NCBI GenBank assembly: GCA_020024775.1
Contig: JAHHTF010000013.1
Coordinates: 1-18,840, forward strand
Source of the DNA: Ureaplasma sp.
GTDB taxonomy: Bacteria; Bacillota_I; Bacilli_A; Mycoplasmatales; Mycoplasmoidaceae
DNA: 18,840 bases
Direction of reading: 5' to 3'
Of this stretch, positions 13,838 to 18,840 are shown one piece after another. Under the pieces are notes generated by a model. The model saw only the letters and a list, made by a program, of their open reading frames with translations. It ran no database searches and was not told the origin of the DNA. The position numbers were made by a program, and so were the translations under genes. Position 1 is the stretch's first letter. Every line of letters begins with the position of its first letter.

Positions 13838-14464
13838 ATGAATATGAAACAATATGAAAATCAATTATACCAACAAGGTTATAAACTAATAGCAGGTTGT
13901 GATGAATGTGGTCGAGGATGTATTGCTGGACCACTAGTAGTAGCTTGTTGTATTTTACCTGTTGATTATAATGATATAAAGATTAAAGATTCTAAGAAAC
14001 TAAATATCAACCAAAGAAAAGAATTAGCTAATCAAATCAAAAAGGTTGCAATTGATTATAGTATCAAAATATATTGATCCGATGTTGTTGATAAATATAA
14101 TCCTAAACAAACATCAATCAAAGGGATGTTGGAATGTATTAAAGAATTAAAGATCATCCCTGATTATGTAATCACAGATTATGAACGCTTAAAGGATTTA
14201 AAGATCAAACAATTAAATCTAGTTAAAGGTGATGCTAAATCAATCAGTGTTGCAGCTGCTAGCATTTTAGCAAAAGCTATTAGAGATGAATTGATGTTAG
14301 AATTACATACTAAATATCCTGAGTATGATTTTATTCATAACCAAGGTTATTTAAATAAAACCTTGAAACAAAAATACATTAATCAAGAATTAAAGTTTAT
14401 CAATAAGGTTCATAGAAAGACTTATGAACCATTCAAAAGTATGTTTAAAATTAAACAAAAGTAA
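13838..14464 (+). CDS. rnhB: Ribonuclease HII, 208 aa
   Basis: Track ORFs 13838..14077 and 14126..14464 share one frame joined by TGA at 14075. IAGCDECGRGCIAGPLVVA matches the RNase HII DEAGRG active-site motif, and DSKKL and SVAAASILAK are also present. The ATG at 13844 has better spacing to AGGA (13831..13834) and may be the true start. Confidence 0.9.
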
Positions 14465-14486
14465 TCCCAAATAGGATTACTTTTTT
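14461..14486 (+). terminator. Rho-independent terminator of rnhB; probably also serves the convergent minus-strand lipoprotein gene
   Basis: gtaatcc (14461..14467) pairs with ggattac (14474..14480) around a 6-nt loop, followed by T6. On the opposite strand the same hairpin is followed by TTTTGTTT. Confidence 0.7.
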
Positions 14487-14681
14487 GATTATATTCTGAT
14501 CTTAATATTTAATAATTTATTTATGTTTGCTTATTACTTTTTTTGATTGAATATGGGATATAAATCTTTAGTAATAAACAAACATCCCCTTTAATAAAAT
14601 GTATAAATAATTTATCAGAAGATTATCAATCAATCTAGTGCATATTAGATTAATTATTAATCAATATCTTTTAGAATACAA

Positions 14682-15110
14682 TTATTGTTGGAATCCAGAT
14701 AATACAATATTTAGATTAACAGTCCCTCCAGTTTTTGTTGGAATGTTATCTACTTCAAATCAAACAGATTGACCATCTGGTCTTGCAATTACTTTTAATG
14801 AAGAATTTGCAAGATTTCCAGCATTAGCAATTTCATGGTTGCTATTTTGTTTTAAAGCTGCAACAATTTTTTGGTTCAAATCATATCTATTGATTTGACT
14901 TGCAAATGCATCAGCTTTAATTTCATTAAGATATTTAATTGATAGTTGGTTTAAAAGCAATTGAGTAATTGCATCTTTATTTAAACTAACACTTGAATTG
15001 GTAGAACTACCAGTACTACATGAAGTAGCAGTTAATGAAATTGCAACTGGAGTTATTACTAATGCACTTAGTCCTAGAACTCCGGCAATAACCTTGTTTT
15101 TTAATTTCAT
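14682..15110 (-). CDS. Small surface lipoprotein, 142 aa, carrying one copy of the ~105-aa module repeated in the adjacent gene
   Basis: MKLKNKVIAGVLGLSALVITPVAISLTATSC has a lipobox. TGA at 14760 is read as Trp and the frame continues to TAA 14682..14684 (...DGQSVWFEVDNIPTKTGGTVNLNIVLSGFQQ). The body aligns with the modules of 15261..17639: SLNKDAI..., ALKQNSNHEI..., ...LSGFQQ. Confidence 0.8.
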
Positions 15111-15193
15111 ATATTTTTTTATCCCTTAATATTTAATCATTATTAAATTATATTAATTTTTTTCAAAGACATCGATAAAAATATATTAATGAT

Positions 15194-15226
15194 TAAAAAA
15201 AGTTCTTATCCAATATGGAAAGAACT
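15194..15226 (-). terminator. Rho-independent terminator of the five-module lipoprotein gene
   Basis: On the minus strand: AGTTCTTTCC-ATATT-GGATAAGAACT, about 10 bp with one bulge, followed by T7. It lies 35 nt past the TAA at 15261. Confidence 0.7.
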
Positions 15227-15260
15227 CATTTAATGACTAAATTGATAGAAAGAATTTATA

Positions 15261-17639
15261 TTAATTAGGAAGTGCAAAACCTGACATACTTAAGCTTGAA
15301 TCTTTATATGAAGCTCTTGTTCTATACTTCACTTCATCATCTGAATTTAAGAATTTTAATGTTACATTTTCTTTTAATGAAACCCCAACAAAGATTTGAC
15401 CTTCAACTCCACCCATGATAGCTAATGATGCATTTCAAGTACTTGTTACATTATCTTGTCCTAAGAACTCAACAATATGATTTACCATTGCATCCTTTTG
15501 AGGTCAGAAGTTAGTTTGACTACAATTCTTTTGAACTCATGCATTAGTACTTTCTCATAAGTCTACTAATGAGATAACAATTAAACATTCTAGGTTAGAA
15601 ACTTTAACAGTCATTGTATTTGGATCATAACTTAAATTAACTGATTCATTGTTACTAAATACGATGTTTGCTTGTTTAGCAATTTTAAATGAAATACTCA
15701 TTGTATTACCAGTTTGAGTTAATTCTAAGTTAGCAATGTTTGCAAACAATGGATTTAGTCCAGTAATAGTAGTAGTTAAGTCTGCAGTCATTGTTTTTAG
15801 TTCAGGGACTGTTTTAGGTTTTGTGATTGTGTTTAGTACACTATAAATACTAGTAGCATCTAAAACAGTTTCTTCTGCTTTTTTGAAACCTGTTAAAGTA
15901 AGTTGTGATGATGTTGTAACTGCTTCTCCAGTTGCTGATGTTTGAGGAATTCCAGTAACTGAGAAAATAACATTGTCTCCATCAATGGTTGCAGCAACTG
16001 TTAATGAAGTAGCTGTAGCTAATGCAGCTGAAGCATTAGAGATTTCATTATTAGCATTTGCTTTTAAACCATCAATAATCTTTTGTTTATTAGTAGGTTC
16101 ATTAATTGCATCAGCCATGTTGAACTTACTAACAGCATTAAAACTTGAATATCCAGTTGAGTCTTGGATTAATTTGATTACTGGTTGTTCATTTAAACTA
16201 GCAGGAGCTCATGCTTTAAATCCTTCTAGAATTAAACTTAATTCACAAGTACCATAATTACCGTCTTCAAGTAATGTTGGGATTCCAGCAATTGCAACTT
16301 GTACAGTTTGGTTAGAAACAGTTGGAGTAATTGTAATAGTAGTTGCTTCTGATAATGTTGGGCCTGGATTTAAGATTGCAAAATTTGAATTTGCTTTTAT
16401 AGCATTAACAATCGCTTCATTTGATTCAACCATTTTGTTTTTGAAATCAGCTGCAGTTCATTTACTGAAATCAGAAACTTCTGTTGCTGTTTGGATTGTT
16501 TGGATCATTTTTATGTTATCTAACGAAGTAGCAGCTCAAGGTTTGAATCCATTTAAACTTAGTTTTAAATTAACTGTAGACGCACTTCCATCTTCTAAAT
16601 CAGTTGGAACTGAACCAATTACAATATTAACAGTTTGTTCATTGCTAGTTGCATCTAATGTTAATGTACTCGATGCTAAGTCTTTTCCAGGATTTACAAT
16701 TTCACCATTTTTATTAGCTTTAAGATCTGTTAAGATTGCATCTTTTACTGAATTGATTTTATTAATCATTTGGTTTGCAGTAACCGTTGAGAAAAGTGTA
16801 ATACCTGTCTTATCTTTAATTAAATTAGTAACTGCTTCTTGGTTTAAAGAAGTATTAGTTCATTTCTTGAATCCATTTAAAACTGCATCTAATTGAATAG
16901 TAGTGTCTGTTCCATCTTCAGATAATGCCGGAACTCCTGAAATTGTAATATCAATTGAATCTGATAAATCAGTTGCAGTTAATTCAATAGTTGCAGAACT
17001 TAATGATTCAGTTGGATTAACAATAACACCATTTTCATTTGATGTTAATGCAGAAATGATTGTTGCTTTTGCATCATTAATTTTTGTTAACATTTGCATT
17101 GATGTAACCATTGTGAAATCAGTTACACTTGTTTTTTCTTTAACAATGTTTACAAATTCATCTTTGTTTAAAGAAGTTTGTTTTCAAGCTTTAAATCCAG
17201 TTAATGTCAAACTTAAATTAACTAAGTTGTTATCAGTTTGTGGAATTCCTTGGATTTGTACACTAACATCATTGTTACTACTTGATGCAATAACAACTAA
17301 ATTAGATTCACTTAATTTATCACTTGCATTGTTGATTTCTTTGTTTGCATTTTGTTTTAATGCATCAACAATAGCTTTGTTGTTGGTTTGATCATTGATT
17401 TTGTTAACCATTTGGCCAACAGTTAATGTTGCAAAATCATCTACACCTGTAGACTTCTTAATCAATGCTACAACTGCATCTTGATTTAATGTAACTTTTG
17501 GAACATTATTAGAGGGTTTATTAGTAGAGGGCTTGCTAGAATTACTACCACAACTAGCAGTTAATACTGCAGTTGCAACAGAAGAAGTTAATAAGACCCC
17601 CCCCAATATTCCTAGAATAATTTTGTTTCTTAATTTCAT
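15261..17639 (-). CDS. Large surface lipoprotein, 792 aa: signal peptide, linker, five tandem ~108-aa modules and a distinct ~205-aa C-terminal domain
   Basis: Track ORFs 17184..17657, 16860..17111, 16536..16769, 16209..16433 and 15555..16118 share one frame. I checked every gap and the tail 15261..15554 codon by codon and found only TGA, with no TAA or TAG, until TAA 15261..15263. The start is ATG 17639 (MKLRNKIILGILGGVLLTSSVATAVLTASC) with GGAG 10 nt upstream; the track start at 17657 is a TTG. Confidence 0.85.
15879..17495 (-). repeat. Five tandem, diverged protein-level repeat modules: R1 17495..17184, R2 17183..16860, R3 16859..16536, R4 16535..16209, R5 16208..15879
   Basis: Each module follows the pattern (T/A)SLNxxxVxxLIKxxTGxxxF ... 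(M)xxKIN ... A(I)xxALKxNxNxEIxNP ... LxxxAT ... VxIxIxG(I/V)Pxx ... LxLxLxGFKx. Modules R1-R4 each end in a Trp encoded by TGA (17184, 16860, 16536, 16209). R2 and R3 are 324 nt, and R4 is 327 nt. Confidence 0.8.
17597..17604 (-). repeat. Homopolymeric G8 tract (C8 on the plus strand) within the signal-peptide codons of the five-module lipoprotein
   Basis: The minus strand reads ATA TTG GGG GGG GTC TTA (codons 11-16, I-L-G-G-V-L). It is the only G or C run longer than 4 that I noticed in the window. Confidence 0.9.
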
Positions 17640-17674
17640 ATATAATTTACTCCCCAATAAATATAATTGCTATT

Positions 17675-17702
17675 ATTATATAATAAAATCTTGAAAAGTC
17701 AT
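17675..17702 (-). promoter_or_regulatory. Candidate promoter of the five-module lipoprotein gene (ATGACT, 16-nt spacer, TATAAT on the minus strand)
   Basis: TATAAT is the reverse complement of 17675..17680. The -35-like ATGACT is the reverse complement of 17697..17702. AT-rich context, so weak. Confidence 0.25.
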
Positions 17703-17723
17703 TTATTGAACTAATTATTACAA

Positions 17724-17749
17724 TAAAAAAACTAGTCAAAACGACTAGT
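17724..17749 (-). terminator. Rho-independent terminator of the LRR lipoprotein gene
   Basis: On the minus strand: ACTAGTC-gtttt-GACTAGT followed by T6-7. It lies about 20 nt past the TAA at 17770. Confidence 0.7.
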
Positions 17750-17769
17750 CTTTATAAGTACATTAATTA

Positions 17770-18840
17770 TTAAGCAACTGTGATTTGAGTTCCACCAAAT
17801 GCATTATCTGCTCAGTTAGCACCTGCTGGTTTAGTTAATTGCATTGCTGGAATTTTAGAACAGTTATCAAATGCAAATTGACCGATTGTTGTTACTGAAC
17901 TTGGAATATTAATGCTTGTAATTGCTGCACATTCATTAAATGCATAATCACCAATAGTTGTAATTGTATCTGGTAAAACAACTGTTGCTAAATTAGGACA
18001 GTTACCAAATGCTGATTGTGTAATATTAGTAATACCACCAGCTTCAATAGTTACAGAATCAAATCATGTTTGTCTAAATACTGAATCATTACCTAATGTT
18101 TTAATTGTACTTGGAATAGTTAATGCTCCACGTATATGTAATGCATAGAATGAATATCTACCAACTGATGTAATGCTTGCTGGGAAACCTTCAAATTTAG
18201 TTAATCCTGAACAATAAAATGCATACTCAGGAATTGAAGTAAGTGAACTAGATAATTTTAAAGTCCCTGTTAAACCTGAACATCCATTGAAACAACTTTC
18301 ACCTAATGAAGTAACAGAATCAGGAATAATTAAATCTCCTGTAATTCCACTAACTTGATAGAACGCTCTTGTTCCAATAGTTTTAAGAGTCTTTGGTAAT
18401 GTTAATGCACCAGTAACATTTTTGTTTTGACCAAATGCAAGTTTTGCAATTGAAACTACTGGTAAAGTATAGTTTTGTCCATCGATTGCAAATTGAAGTT
18501 TACCTTCTGCATCTCATAATTTGCTAACATCGACTGGAGCAGTTTTATCTTTTGGACCTGTAACTTCCAATGCTCTACTACCATTATCATCAATAACTGT
18601 ATAAACTACATTGTTTGCTTCTGTAGTTGTACCAACTGCTAATGATGCTTCTGGACCTGTTTGAGGTGATGGTGCTGGTTGTGGATCAACTGGTTTGTTT
18701 GGATTACTTTCTTGGTTTGATGAACCACTATCAATTGAACCATCCCCACATGATGTTGTTGTTAATGCAATAGCAACTGGAACTGCAGCTAATGTTACAG
18801 CACCGAATACTCCTGCAATAATTTTAGATTTTAATTTCAT
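17770..18840 (-). CDS. BspA-like leucine-rich-repeat (LRR_5-type) surface lipoprotein, 356 aa
   Basis: MKLKSKIIAGVFGAVTLAAVPVAIALTTTSC has a lipobox and is followed by a Pro-rich linker (NPNKPVDPQPAPSPQTGPE). I translated 17770..18513 manually. TGA=Trp occurs at 18514, 18064 and 17812, with TAA at 17770..17772. Repeated units of the form IPxSVTxIGxxAFxxCxxL are present, for example VLPDTITTIGDYAFNECAAITSINIPSSVTTIGQFAFDNCSKI. The start codon is the last three bases of the window. Confidence 0.85.

Noticed and set aside
13629-13934. Minus-strand 101-aa ORF spanning the rsmH-rnhB spacer and the rnhB start
   Set aside because: It overlaps the well-supported rnhB N-terminus in antisense. Its product is low-complexity and rich in Ile, Leu and Phe, with no RBS.
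15973-17391. Long plus-strand ORFs (15973..16257, 16435..16896 of 153 aa, 16903..17391 of 162 aa) opposite the modular lipoprotein gene
   Set aside because: The minus-strand frame is continuous for 792 codons with a signal peptide, lipobox and periodic module structure. The antisense frames have no RBS, and their periodicity simply mirrors the sense repeats.
17640-17657. Track start of the modular lipoprotein at TTG 17657 (MGSKLY extension)
   Set aside because: GGAG lies inside that extension, 10 nt upstream of ATG 17639. That ATG gives the family-typical MKLRNK leader.

Overview
Low-GC window (roughly 30% by eye) from a Mollicutes-type genome that reads TGA as Trp (translation table 4). The supplied ORF track treats TGA as stop, so it splits most genes into in-frame pieces. 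Rejoining the pieces gives three blocks. (1) A housekeeping core on the minus strand: rpoB then rpoC, followed by a 55-codon tail ORF and a terminator. (2) A plus-strand block: upp, a multi-pass membrane protein, mraZ-rsmH with MraZ-type boxes in the leader, then rnhB. No ftsA or ftsZ follows rsmH. (3) Accessory surface-lipoprotein genes at both ends, all on the minus strand. These are a 637-aa orphan lipoprotein (81..1994), a 142-aa single-module lipoprotein (14682..15110), a 792-aa lipoprotein with five tandem ~108-aa modules (15261..17639), and a 356-aa BspA-like leucine-rich-repeat lipoprotein (17770..18840). The most interesting signal is a G8 tract inside the signal-peptide codons of the five-module lipoprotein, a candidate slipped-strand ON/OFF switch. 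The repeat module itself is one I cannot assign to a named family, and it recurs in the neighbouring gene. I saw no rRNA, tRNA, CRISPR array, transposase or integrase. All calls come from manual translation; no database search was possible.
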